This document shows, one piece after another, positions 48,796 through 59,779 of a stretch of DNA of 64,000 bases. The DNA comes from Selaginella moellendorffii (lineage: Eukaryota; Plantae; Lycopodiophyta): positions 1 to 64,000 of the forward strand of contig NW_003314388.1 in the NCBI RefSeq assembly GCF_000143415.4, read 5' to 3'. The position numbers were made by a program, and so were the translations under genes. Positions within the stretch are counted from its first letter, which is position 1. The number at the start of each line of letters is the position of its first letter. A model generated the notes under the pieces. The model made no database searches and was not told the DNA's origin. It saw only the letters and a list, made by a program, of their open reading frames with translations.

Positions 48796-50750
48796 ATGAT
48801 CTATAGTTATAAATATGTATTTAGTGGATTCTCAGCCAGACTTACCAAAGAACAAGCTGACGAGTTATCCAGTACGTGCTGGAAACTTCAGTCTAATCTA
48901 AACAGTTTTTGTCCTGATCTGTAGGAATGCCGGAAGTTCTCAGTGTTCATCTCTCTTTACACTCTGGGATTTCTTGGGCCTTCCGATCGACGCAGAGTCA
49001 AAAGCAGCAACGCTTTCGTCCGAGCACAAAATTCTGGGTGAGGACTCCAGTGACGTAATTATTGGACTCCTTGACTTGAACTCAATATTCGTCTTTCGAG
49101 GGGTCACACTCCTAATGCACAAGGTATATGGCCTGAATCCGAAAGCTTCCGTGATGATGGAATGAGTCCAGTTCCTGCGACATGGAAGGGCTCCTGCGTC
49201 AATGATCCAAAGACAAACGCTTCCGTTGTAGTTCACTGCAACAGGTACGAGACAGTTCGTCTGCACTCCATCACTTTCTTTTTTCCTGAAATTTGTGAGG
49301 TGCGAAATACTACAGAGCTGGCCTGTCTCCAAACGCTTCGGTGGCATACAGTAATCCTAGAGACTTCGGTGGTCATGGAACGGCCACAGGTTCTATTGCC
49401 GCTGGTATGGCAGTGGCCAACGCGAGTATGGGGGGACTGGCTTCAGGAATTGCAAGAGGTGGTTTTCGCAGTGCCAGGATTTCTGCGTAGAAAGTGTGTT
49501 GGATGTTCCAGTGCTACGACATCAACATTGTAACGGCTTTAGACGACACAATTCACGACGGTGTGGACGTGATCTCGCTCTCACTTGGAGACGTGACTCT
49601 GCCGTATAACATCGACATTATCGCGATTGGTGCCTTCCATGCACTGGAGAAAGACGTTATAGTCTGGAGAAAGACATTATAGTCTCGAGTACTTCTGGAA
49701 ACTCTGGGCCGCTCAACGGAACAGTGACGAATGTAGCTCCTTGGATACTTACTGTTGGTGCTAGCTCAATCGATCGAAACATCACACCGTGAGTCAATAC
49801 TTCAAAGTTGTTTGCTTGACTGATATCTTGTTTTTTCAGGAACTCAACTGTGTTTCCTATAAAGCCCGCACCAGTTGCTGCAGGTTCCTCTTCAAGAGGA
49901 CCCAGCTTTATCAGTCCCGACATTATAAAGGTAATGCTCGTCATGATCAAAGCTGCTTTGCTTTTTTGTTTTCACTGGAAGACACAATTCTGATTTCCTT
50001 GGATGTTTCTCAGCCGGACGTGAGTGCTCGAGGCGCGAGCATTTTGGCGGCATGGAGCGGTGCGCGTCCAGCAATGGATCCAAGTGGGAAGTTTGTGCGC
50101 GTGAACTATGCTATTGCATCTGGAACGTCCTTCGCCTATCCTCACGCAACCGGTACTGCTGCTTTCGTCAAGTCGGTTCATCCAAGATGGAGTCCGGCAG
50201 CAATCAAGTCTGCGATCATGACAACTGGTAGGAGATCATTGTCACGATGAGCAAAAGCGGGGACTGATGCTATCTCTCGAAACTTTTTAGCGAGATTTTC
50301 TCGACAACACCGACAGCGACGGAATGCCAGCAAGCTTCTTCAGCATTGGCGCCGGAGTGATCCAGCCGATGAAAGCCATCGATCCGGGACTGGTCTAGGA
50401 GACCGCTACCTCGGACTACATCCTCTACATGTGCAGCACGGGCCGCAAGAGCACTCCCGCCAGCCTCAACTATCCCTCCATCGGATTCTACATCAGCGTC
50501 GTTAGGAGCGCCATGATCCAGCGAACATCGGCGACGCGAGCTCGATCTACAGATCCCGAGTCGAGGCTCCTAGCGATTCGCGGCTCGCCATCCCCGTCTT
50601 TCCCCAGGAGCTACACTCCTCGAGCAAAGGGGAGAAGCTCTCCTTCAACGTGACGATTGCCATGAGTTCTTCACAAGCGCCCATTTCTTTTCCATGGGCG
50701 TTTTCGTCGCTCACTTGGGACGATGGGAAGCACAGCGTTCGGTGGCCATA
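48796..50750 (+). pseudogene. Subtilisin-like (S8) protease pseudogene
   Basis: I9 prodomain IYSYKYVFSGFSARLT, WDFLGL, IIGLLD, GHGT and SGTSFAYPH (consensus SGTSMACPH). Frameshifts, an in-frame TAG after DPGLV, and an apparently missing PA domain. Confidence 0.85.
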
Positions 50751-51108
50751 AGTTAGTTTGCCGTGTCAGCCGCCACGTCCCTCCTGATATGTAGGGCACG
50801 CGAGTTCCACGTGGCGGTACATTCGAGATTTTAGGGCTTTTGGCAATGGAATCGAGAGAGAGCGATCGATCATGAGCGCTGTCCTGAATGCGCGTCTTTT
50901 CAGCCGAGGATCTTTGCTTTGGTATGTGGAGGTGGACGAAGTGGTGAGGATTTTGCCTTTCTTGCCTGAGGATAAGATCGAACCACGCTCTTTATATGAA
51001 TCGTGTTCGCATCAATTTAGAGATCTGTGTAACAGGTTCTCAAGAATTTCGGGATCGACTATCCCTGCTTGCTAATGAATGAGCTACTAAGCTGTGCTTC
51101 TTCCAAAC

Positions 51109-51978
51109 TTACAATGGAACTACAATCACAGAAACGTTGTCCGAGCTCCCCCTGTTCAAGGCTCTTCGAACTATCCTCGATGCCATTTCGTCCAAGGAAG
51201 TCGATCCGCTACCCATCGTCCTACACACCTCCTCGTTGGACATGGTCTCAAACACTCCGTCCGAGGTGAGCAGCAAGTAGGATCCAGCCCCGGCCTCGGC
51301 GATGCTATACTCCGTGAACTCCGGCGTCGCGATCACGCCATGCGACTTAAACTCCGCGTCACCGATGGCCCGAGACACGGCCAGAGCTCCGTCCACTCGG
51401 TAAACCGCCCCCGTGAAAACAACCCGGCCACCCGCCGCTTCGATCCGTGCTCGCTCCTCGGGCACCTCGGGGTGGTGGTCTCGGCTAAGCTGCACGGCTT
51501 TCAAGCGTGGAGAGCTCGCGGGCGATCCGGCAGCGCAGACGAGAGCTCGAGAGTCGCCGACGTTGGCCACCAGCACGAACTCGGACGTGACAACGGCAAC
51601 ACACGCGGTGGATCCGGCCGTGATCTGGTTACCGAGAACCGCGTCCTCGACGTCGCCCAGTGTGGATCGCAGGGATTTCTCGAATGCATGGCGGCGGAGA
51701 TCGCCACCCTGGGAGGAAAGGTGGCGGACGAACCTGGGATAGAAGAGCGAGGCGGCGAGATCGCTGGCTTGCGCGCCGCCGTGGCCGTCAAACACGCCGA
51801 AGACTCCAAACTGGGTGTGATTGGCCACGGCCAAGATCCTGTCCTCCTGGTAGCGGCGGAGGCCTTGATCGGTGGCGGTGCCGAAGTAGCGGCGCGGCGG
51901 CGATTGCTCGTTGATGGATGATATGAAGCTCGATGTCAAGAACGCGAGCGAGAAGAGGAAGAGCGCTCTCCACACCAT
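51109..51978 (-). CDS. Protein phosphatase 2C with an N-terminal signal/anchor peptide, intronless
   Basis: RRYQED, VFDGHGG, ANVGDSR, LAVSRAIGD, SDGV and SDN motifs; hydrophobic N-terminus MVWRALFLFSLAFLTSSFISS. Confidence 0.93.
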   Translation of the reverse strand: MVWRALFLFSLAFLTSSFISSINEQSPPRRYFGTATDQGLRRYQEDRILAVANHTQFGVFGVFDGHGGAQASDLAASLFYPRFVRHLSSQGGDLRRHAFEKSLRSTLGDVEDAVLGNQITAGSTACVAVVTSEFVLVANVGDSRALVCAAGSPASSPRLKAVQLSRDHHPEVPEERARIEAAGGRVVFTGAVYRVDGALAVSRAIGDAEFKSHGVIATPEFTEYSIAEAGAGSYLLLTSDGVFETMSNEEVCRTMGSGSTSLDEMASRIVRRALNRGSSDNVSVIVVPL

Positions 51979-52384
51979 AGTTTTGTCTTGTCACACATGA
52001 TAAAGGGGACCAATGGCGGCGCGCCACATTATTTATAGTTTTCCTTGTGCTACTGACGTGGCAAGCAGTCACTTTTTAAACGATCCACTCGATATTGGCC
52101 GTCGATGTTTAGGGCAAGGAAGACGAAAATATTTCTGGGAGGGAAGAGCGCCACAAGGTCTTGGAATCGATCCGAGAGGTAGCGGCTATCTTCTCGCTCG
52201 ATTGATTGATTGTAGCTCCATCAGAACGCCCGCACAGTATGGGATGTAGAATTGAGGGGTTTCGTCGATCCCTTATCTAAGAATGCCAGGTACTAAAGTC
52301 TTCGGTTGTTCTCTTTCAGGGTGCGTTTCATTCTTGCTTGCATTTTTTCTGGTATCGCGATTTTTCTCAGGGCTTTGGTGAACC

Positions 52385-55300
52385 ATGGGAAAGCCAGAGA
52401 TCATTTGTCCACCACATATCGATAGTATCTGTCCCATTTGGCTCAAGGTTCCACGAGAGACTCAAGCAGTATTCATCGATGCCACATACAAAATCCAACA
52501 AATAGGTGAACTTGGTCTCCATGGTGGTCCACCAATCTCCTTCCGGCTCCAGGTTTCTTTTTTCATTGTCACTTTCATTTTTTTCCTGTTCTAACGATCG
52601 ATCCACTGGTACATGCAGAAAGAGCACTGGCTCCATCTCGCTCACGAATTTCTACTGGAGAAAGTGAAGCTGAACCATGCCAGCAGCACGTTGTCATGGA
52701 ACCAAAGCAAGCAGCTCGAGAAACTAGAGCAGTGGAACGAGCCGTGGTTCTTTGAGATCCTCGGTGATCCCGTGAAGGACGTTTCGGCCGAGCTGCGAAG
52801 CATAAGGAGACTTCTGGACGATCAACGCCTGGATCCATGTGACGCTTTGAGAGGTTTCATCAACTTGCACCTCAAGACGGAAGCGTACAAAGACTGTCCT
52901 GGAGCTTACTGGGCACTGGACTACACCCAGATGCTCGTTTCGCAACTTCTAGTATCCCAATCACCTTCGCAAGTCTACCACCTTGTTCTCGATTTCGTCA
53001 AGGACTTTTGGACCCCTCCCGAGCTTCTGGACGAGGCCAAGGCCTGGGCCTGCTTTTACGTTGGCGTGGGTACCAGCAAGAGCAGCAACACGGACGATTC
53101 TACGAGCTGGTTTCGGAGGAGCTTGGAACTTGCAAGAAGCTACAATCTCCTTAGCCAGGCCAGTGAGATGCTGGGAGATATTTATCTCGGAGAACGGGAG
53201 CTGATTTCTCATAGCAGGTATTGGGATCTTTCGAAATCTTTGCTGGGTAAATTGTCTTTAGTTTTTTCGTTGCAGGAAACAGGCTCAAATGGTTTATGGA
53301 ATCCAGCACTGGGCTGCTGTGAAGCTCCAGAGAGTGGATGTGGCGCTACACGCACTCTGCAAGCTCTTTCAAGTTGAGTTCTACGCCGGAAACCTTCATG
53401 AGGCCGAGGCACTTGCCAACAAGCTGCAGGGAAACCATGCCGGGGGTTACGTCGCTGCTCAAATCCACGAGATGCATGCATGCATCAACTTCGCTCAGAA
53501 GAGATTTGGCGAGGCCGAGGCGGCCAGCCTCGAAGCTCTCCAGATCCTGGAGCAACTTTCGACAGACATGCTACCCGAGAGCTTCTCATACTTTGAAACG
53601 CAACAGCCGGACACGAGTCATCCCGTTTGCTGGCCGCAAGTCATGGAAAATGTCATGGAGTCAGCTCGACTTGTCTTGGGGATTTCACGGCTATCCAGGG
53701 AGTTTTCAGCTAATCACGAAGGAACCCAGGAAGCAGAAGAGAAGTTGCAAATGCTTGTCTCCATGCAAGGGCTTGTTCCGAAGGCCAATCACAACGCTCT
53801 AGCTGCGGAGCTCGTCCGGAACCGAGCGACAGCCGAGATTTATCACCGAGGCGACCTTGAAGGAGGGGAATCCAGCACTGCTCAACTCTTGGACCTCTGC
53901 AGCAAAAATACCTCTTCCAAGTGCGTACGAATGATCAACATGACGGAGGCTGTGAGCTTTGTGGTGGAGTTGGCAAAGGCAAATGCCCACAGGAACAAGC
54001 TAGACGGCGACAAACTCCAAGAACGCAACTGTGACTCGATCATCGACAGCATTCTTACAGCAAACCAGGATCTAGCAGGGATGTTCACTGTTGGAGATCT
54101 CCTGAAAGCCAGGAGAAGAAAGGCTTTTCGGCCTTTGCAGCGGGAAAAACATCTGCTGTGCTGGTACCAGCAGGAGAGCAGACGTCCGGGGCCTCGTGAT
54201 ATCGATAACGTGGACACCATCTGGGAAGAACTGGAAGCGGTCTACAAGTCGGCGAGAGACGACACTGTGTTTCTCGTCTACCTTTGGGACTGGGTGTATC
54301 CGTTCGTAGAGCTTCCCAGCCAAAGTAAGATGCACAGCTATCTCTTGAATCCAAATGAAGAAGAAGCCCGGTGGCACGCTCAGGCTGTTGGACAGCTCTA
54401 CTCCAAAGTTTACGACATGCGGAGAAACCTTGCCGAGGACGAGGATATTAGGAAGTGCCTGGAGGAGCTTCATCAGCTGCTCATCTCACCCTGGTCGGAG
54501 GAGCTCAAACGAATCCAACCAAAGCGGCTGGTTGTCATCCCAACTTCGGTACGTCTTTCTGAAATTTGCCAGGAAAAGCTTGCAGAGTTTTACGAGCTCA
54601 CAGGTGGTGGCGATGGTGCCGTTTGCTGCATTGCTGGACCCGGAGGACGGACTCTACCTGGTGGAGAAGTATGCAATCTCGTACTCGCCATCCCTGAGAA
54701 TGGTCGAGAGATTCATAGGTAACAAAAGCGACCAGGTGGTCATCAAGCAGGCTATGGTGGTGGGAAATCCAGACGACTCGCTGGAATCGGCAGAAGACGA
54801 GGCCGTGCTCGTGGTCAACAAGCTCATGCAACGAGGATCATGTCAGGTGGATCTCTTATTGGGTCTTCAAGGCAGGCGAGCCCGTGAGATGGACGAAGCT
54901 GCCGCAGCAACTCGTGCAGCAGTGATGGACTCGTTTTCCAGCAGTCGCTGGATCCACATCGCGGGACACTCGTCGATCAACAACAACTTTCCTTGCGGTG
55001 CTCTGCATCTGGAGGACGGGAGCTTGTCAATGGAAGAAATCGAAGAGAAACTTCGCCGTCACAGAGAGGTGGCGAGCTTCGGAGTGGTGCTGAGTGGATG
55101 CAGCACTGCCCTGGGACAGATCGAAATGCAAGGGATAACAGGGCTGTGCCGGTGTTTCCACGACGCTGGGGTTTCGGTGGTGGTGGCTTCTCTCTGGAAC
55201 GTGGACGACTTTGAAACACAGCTGCTTGTGGAAAAATTTTATGCCGAGGCATGCAAGGGTGTGGAGATTGCCGTGGCTTTGCAGTCCGCGATGAAGTCGA

Positions 55301-55401
55301 TGATCCACTCGAAGAACTTCATGGGAGCTCCAGCTTACACTGTCAATCAATGGGCAGCTTTTACAGTCTCTGGAGATCTTTACTCTGCTCTCAGCTTTTG
55401 A
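52385..55401 (+). CDS. TPR-like helical repeat plus CHAT (caspase-clan CD) protease, about 945 aa (exons 52385-52552, 52619-53217, 53276-54548, 54604-55401)
   Basis: All three GT-AG introns splice in frame. CHAT motifs: LHQLLISPW, RLVVIP..VPFAAL, YLVEKYAISYSPSL, WIHIAGH (His 54967), VVLSGCST (Cys 55099), VVASLWNVDD, ALQSAM and WAAF. Confidence 0.88.
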
Positions 55402-55473
55402 AACACAACTGGTACGTATCGACTTTTGGACTGGATCGTCGTCTCACAGACTTTGCTTTTATCATTTGATCAA

Positions 55474-56751
55474 TCAGACTCTCATGAGTTTCATCTCAGC
55501 TTTGTGCACCAGTCTGATCTGAGTCGACTCTCCGCTGAAAGCAACTTCCCCAAGTCCACAGAAGCTCACGACCTTCTCCTTGCGGAGCAGCACCATCCTT
55601 GTCTCAATCGTCACCTCGAAACGCAGATCGTCCAGGATCACGTCCGGGTCCTGAACTTGCCACTGGATTCTCTCCACGCCGGTGATTTGCGGACCAGTGC
55701 CGAGATATGGAAGTTTTGGCCACTCTCCAAACTTGGTCATGGCCTTGTGAGGCTTGTCGCAGTGATAAGGCTTCTTGTTTGCCCAGGTATTCATCTTCCA
55801 CTGGATGCATGCAACGCCAGGGTCTCCCACGTTAACTGGACTAACTGTTGTCAATCTTACTGCAGAGTTGTCGGCCTCCTTCCTAGTGATTCCAATCTCC
55901 AGCTTCGCAGCTGTTGGGATCTTCACGCTCACTCCTGCTCTATACTCGTGCTGCGCGTCAGACGCGATCTGGTAGTCCGGAACCAAAGATAAGCTCTGGT
56001 CGGGGGTGATGAAACAGGGAAGAATCCGGGTGCTCGGCTTCATACTGGTAAGTAAAGGCTGAATCGTGATCTTGACCGAGTCCGGGAAGAAGCCAAACAA
56101 GTGCTCGTGTTTTGTTTCGTCCAGGAAGTCCTCCATGGAGATCCCCACGCAGAAGGTTGACAAGCGCATCAAGATGCTTCTTGGGTGATCATGGTTGGAT
56201 CCAAAGATGTCAACGCAGAGGCCAATCCCCAGCTTTTGCTCCGGCATCCCGGCCGTCGACAGAATGGTCTCTTGGATTTGCTTGCGCTCGTCGACGACAA
56301 AGCTCTTGTATCTCACCGCGTAGTTGATGGCCGGGACTTCGATCTTCGTCCTCTTGGAGTTGTACATGCAGTGGAGCTTCAACTCCAGCCTCTCCTCGTC
56401 GAACGCTCTCGTGCAGTAGATCTTGTTGCGCTCCGCGTGATCGTGATCATGGTCGCCGAGAAGGATGGCTCGTGTCTCCTGGGCAATGGTGTATTGGTAG
56501 TACTCCAGGAGCTCCAAAACAGCTGTGTCCTCGATGAGCTCCTCGGGCAGCAGGATGTCCATGATGCCAGATCTACAATCGACTCGGAGTGCGTCCATGT
56601 CCAAAGGAGTGGAGATCTGGGCTAAGCAGAGGACTTCCGAGAGCTCCTCTTCGTGGTCGTTTGCCGAGACAATCTTGGCATTATATCCATCCCGTGCTAC
56701 AGACTCTAGAAGCTCTGGAGTTACCTGGTCTTTGGAGATGACAAGCACCAT
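55474..56751 (-). CDS. Intronless 425-aa protein with an acidic N-terminal region and a beta-rich C-terminal region reminiscent of leukocidin/hemolysin-type beta-pore-forming proteins
   Basis: Long ORF with coding-like GC content. Pattern GFFPDSVKITIQP...ITPDQ...[HEYRAGVSVKIPTAAKLEIGITRKE]...IQWKM...IQWQV...FEVTIET. The gene itself is likely; the fold assignment is tentative. Confidence 0.65.
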   Translation of the reverse strand: MVLVISKDQVTPELLESVARDGYNAKIVSANDHEEELSEVLCLAQISTPLDMDALRVDCRSGIMDILLPEELIEDTAVLELLEYYQYTIAQETRAILLGDHDHDHAERNKIYCTRAFDEERLELKLHCMYNSKRTKIEVPAINYAVRYKSFVVDERKQIQETILSTAGMPEQKLGIGLCVDIFGSNHDHPRSILMRLSTFCVGISMEDFLDETKHEHLFGFFPDSVKITIQPLLTSMKPSTRILPCFITPDQSLSLVPDYQIASDAQHEYRAGVSVKIPTAAKLEIGITRKEADNSAVRLTTVSPVNVGDPGVACIQWKMNTWANKKPYHCDKPHKAMTKFGEWPKLPYLGTGPQITGVERIQWQVQDPDVILDDLRFEVTIETRMVLLRKEKVVSFCGLGEVAFSGESTQIRLVHKAEMKLMRV

Positions 56752-57291
56752 TCTTCCTCTTTGCAACCGTAACCTAGAGGAAGTTGTTCGCCAATCAAGA
56801 AATTCATCACGGCAGACGCGGAGGGAGTGTCTCGCTCGTTGACTTTCATGAATTGATAAAAAAAAAGGTTACTTCTTTATACGGTGCCACGCATCTCAGA
56901 TACTTCAAAAGTGCTTGTATTCTTGAGTCCCACCCTAGTGTATTTCAACACTGACCAAATAAAATTCCAACAAACCTTTCTCAAGGGAATTGCTGGCGCT
57001 ACACGATTCAAAATACAAGCACATTTTATTTCTCTCTAATTGAAAAAAGGGCAATTGATTAATCTTAATAGCTAGTTGATTGAGAGAATTTGCGTCTTTC
57101 TCTTGGTTAATCGAGTGTCAAAAATAATTAAAATCCAATGAAGAAGAACAAAAAAACAGAGCACGTGAAGCAAGAGCTGGAACTGTAGCGATGCTATACC
57201 CATATGACACGTTGTTCCCCACATTACCAACCAACTGACTCCCACGCGTTGCGAACTCTAGTTAGGGCTGCCCAGCATATACTTTGATCCT

Positions 57292-59292
57292 ATGTGCATG
57301 AACGAGGGCAACAAGCTCCAGGTCTATGATCTATCTGCGTGCACTGATGCCATCGCCGAGCATGCCCGGGCCGGCCACATCCAGCTTGCCAAGAAGGTCT
57401 TCGAGCAAATGCCACACACTGACACAATCTCCACCAACGCGGTGCTATCCGCCTATGCCGCCTTGGGCTATGCCGAGGAAGCCCAGAAACTTTTCGATGA
57501 GATCCCACACAAAGACGTCGCGTCGTGGAACATTATGCTCGGACTTTGTGCCAGGTTGCGAACTCTGGACCAAACCAAGGCTTTCTTCTGCTCGATGGAG
57601 CGCCGGGATCTCGTGTCGTGTAACCAGATGATCTGGGTCTATGCCAAGAGTGGGCATTTTTGCGAAGCTCAGGAGCTCTTTTACGACATGCCACAGCATG
57701 ACATTTTCAGCTGGAATACGATCCTGGCCGCAAGCTCAAGTAACTCGGACATCAAAGAAACACTGGCCATATTCCACGCGATGCCAGTCTTGACGCTTGT
57801 GTCCTGGAATAGCCTCCTTACAGCATTTGCCCAGAGTGGCCAAACTGCGCAAGCCGAGACTGTGCTCCAAACAATGCCAGCTACGAACTTTGTTACGTGG
57901 AATGCAATGCTTACGGCATACGCACAGTGCGGGCTTACAGCCCAAGCGGAGAAAACGTTCGATCGAATGCCCGAGCACAAGCTCATGTCTTGGAACGTGA
58001 TGCTGTCCATGCACGCCCGCGATGGACGCCTGGAGGCCGCCAAGGCGGTGTTTGAGAGCATGGAGTGCCGCGACGTGGTATCATGGACAAGCATGATCAC
58101 CGCGTACGCGCATGGCGGCCACATCTGCGCGGCGCGGGCGGTGTTTGATGCCATGCCTCAGCACAACCTCGTCTCTTGGAACGCGATGCTCGCAGCCTTT
58201 GCTCTCGAACCACGGCGGGCAAGCGGTGCTAAGGCCCTCTTCGATGCCGCCACCCAGCGAAACATCATCTCCTGGAACGCGATGCTTTCCATTTTCCTGA
58301 AAACCGGCGCGTTGCGAGAGGCCCGAGAGCTCTTTCAGCAGATGCCGCGGCACAACCTCGCGTCGTGGAATGCGATCCTGAATGTGTGCCTCGAGGAGGA
58401 AAGCCTGGAGGAAGCGCGGGCGGTGTTTGATCGCATGGAGCAGCGGGATGTGGTGACTTGGTCCGCGATGCTTTCGGCTTATGCGCAATCCGGGTATGTT
58501 TCTGTGATGGAGAAAATGTTTGCGCAAATGCCCCAGCACGACCAAGTCACCTGGAACGCGATGCTCTCGGGCTATGGCGGGAGCGGCAACTTGGAGCTCG
58601 CCTGGGAGATCTTTGAGAAGAAAATGCCGCAGCGGGACGTGGTTTCCTGGACAGCCATGGTGGCCTGTTTTCTCAAAAACAACTACATCCTGGAGGCAAA
58701 GGTGGTCTTTGATCAGATGCCAGTTCGCAACTCCGTGTCGTGGAACGTCTTGCTCTCTGGATATGCCCAGAGTGGGCAAATACTTCTTGCAAGTAAACTC
58801 TTTGAGCAGATGCCCGAGCAAGACTCAGTGTCATGGAGTGCAATGCTTGCGGCTTTGGTCCACAGCAACGATCGCATTCACTCAATTCAATCCAGTCTTG
58901 AGCTGTTCAGCTCCATGATCCTGGTGACAATGCCGGACAAATCGTGCTTCCCGTGCTGCCTCATCGCTTGCAGCCGCACGGGGAAGCTCGCTGCTGCGAG
59001 GAGCTGCTTCGTTTCGATCGTCATGGATTTTGGAGCCAGCCACATCAAACAACACTATTGCTGCATTGTGGATCTGCTGGGGCGTGCGGGATTCCTCGAT
59101 GATGCCCATGATCTCATCCATTCCATGCCGTTCAAGCCTAGTGCTTCGGACTGGAGCTCGTTTCTGAGAGCTTGCCGAATTCAAGACTCTAGAACCGTAG
59201 TCAAGCACTGCTACTTTGCGGCAAAGTCTACAATGGACTCGGCTTGTCACGAGGGGTATGTGTATGTTCTTCTTGGAAACGCATGTATATAG
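57292..59292 (+). CDS. PLS-class pentatricopeptide repeat protein with an E-type C-terminus (putative organellar RNA-editing factor)
   Basis: Many 31-aa repeats (VSWNAMLxAYA...A..F..MP), then HYCCIVDLLGRAG..DA..LI..MPF.P....W..FL.AC and YVLLGN. No DYW domain. Confidence 0.92.
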   Translation: MCMNEGNKLQVYDLSACTDAIAEHARAGHIQLAKKVFEQMPHTDTISTNAVLSAYAALGYAEEAQKLFDEIPHKDVASWNIMLGLCARLRTLDQTKAFFCSMERRDLVSCNQMIWVYAKSGHFCEAQELFYDMPQHDIFSWNTILAASSSNSDIKETLAIFHAMPVLTLVSWNSLLTAFAQSGQTAQAETVLQTMPATNFVTWNAMLTAYAQCGLTAQAEKTFDRMPEHKLMSWNVMLSMHARDGRLEAAKAVFESMECRDVVSWTSMITAYAHGGHICAARAVFDAMPQHNLVSWNAMLAAFALEPRRASGAKALFDAATQRNIISWNAMLSIFLKTGALREARELFQQMPRHNLASWNAILNVCLEEESLEEARAVFDRMEQRDVVTWSAMLSAYAQSGYVSVMEKMFAQMPQHDQVTWNAMLSGYGGSGNLELAWEIFEKKMPQRDVVSWTAMVACFLKNNYILEAKVVFDQMPVRNSVSWNVLLSGYAQSGQILLASKLFEQMPEQDSVSWSAMLAALVHSNDRIHSIQSSLELFSSMILVTMPDKSCFPCCLIACSRTGKLAAARSCFVSIVMDFGASHIKQHYCCIVDLLGRAGFLDDAHDLIHSMPFKPSASDWSSFLRACRIQDSRTVVKHCYFAAKSTMDSACHEGYVYVLLGNACI

Positions 59293-59779
59293 TTCAATCC
59301 ATATCTTTTTCTGGCTCAGGCTTTCTTGTCCAATTCCAAGCTGGCCGTTCAAGAGGTCACAAAATGCTGGAATTGCCATATTTTCCTTTTATTAAGAAGA
59401 AGCATGACTATTAAACCTTGTTTATGTGATTAGATGTGTATTTAATATTAGCATGGACCCATACTTAGATTAGATTTTTGGATTATCTAAAGGTTGAATT
59501 AGAATAGTTTCTATATAAAAATAGAGTTGTGTACCAAGAGTGTTCACAAATTCATCTTTTCTTTTTTATTGTTTTGGTATTTTATTAATAATTTCATTGT
59601 CTCCCTTTTTTTTACAATGAACTTTTAGTAATTTAAACATTATCACATCAATGGCTTCTTCAAATCTTCTTCTTCAACTCCAAACATGTCCAATACTCTA
59701 TAGACATTATATAAGGTGTTCGAACAATCCAAAATGGCATTTCACTGATAGCTTTAGCAAATTATTTAACACCAAGTTT

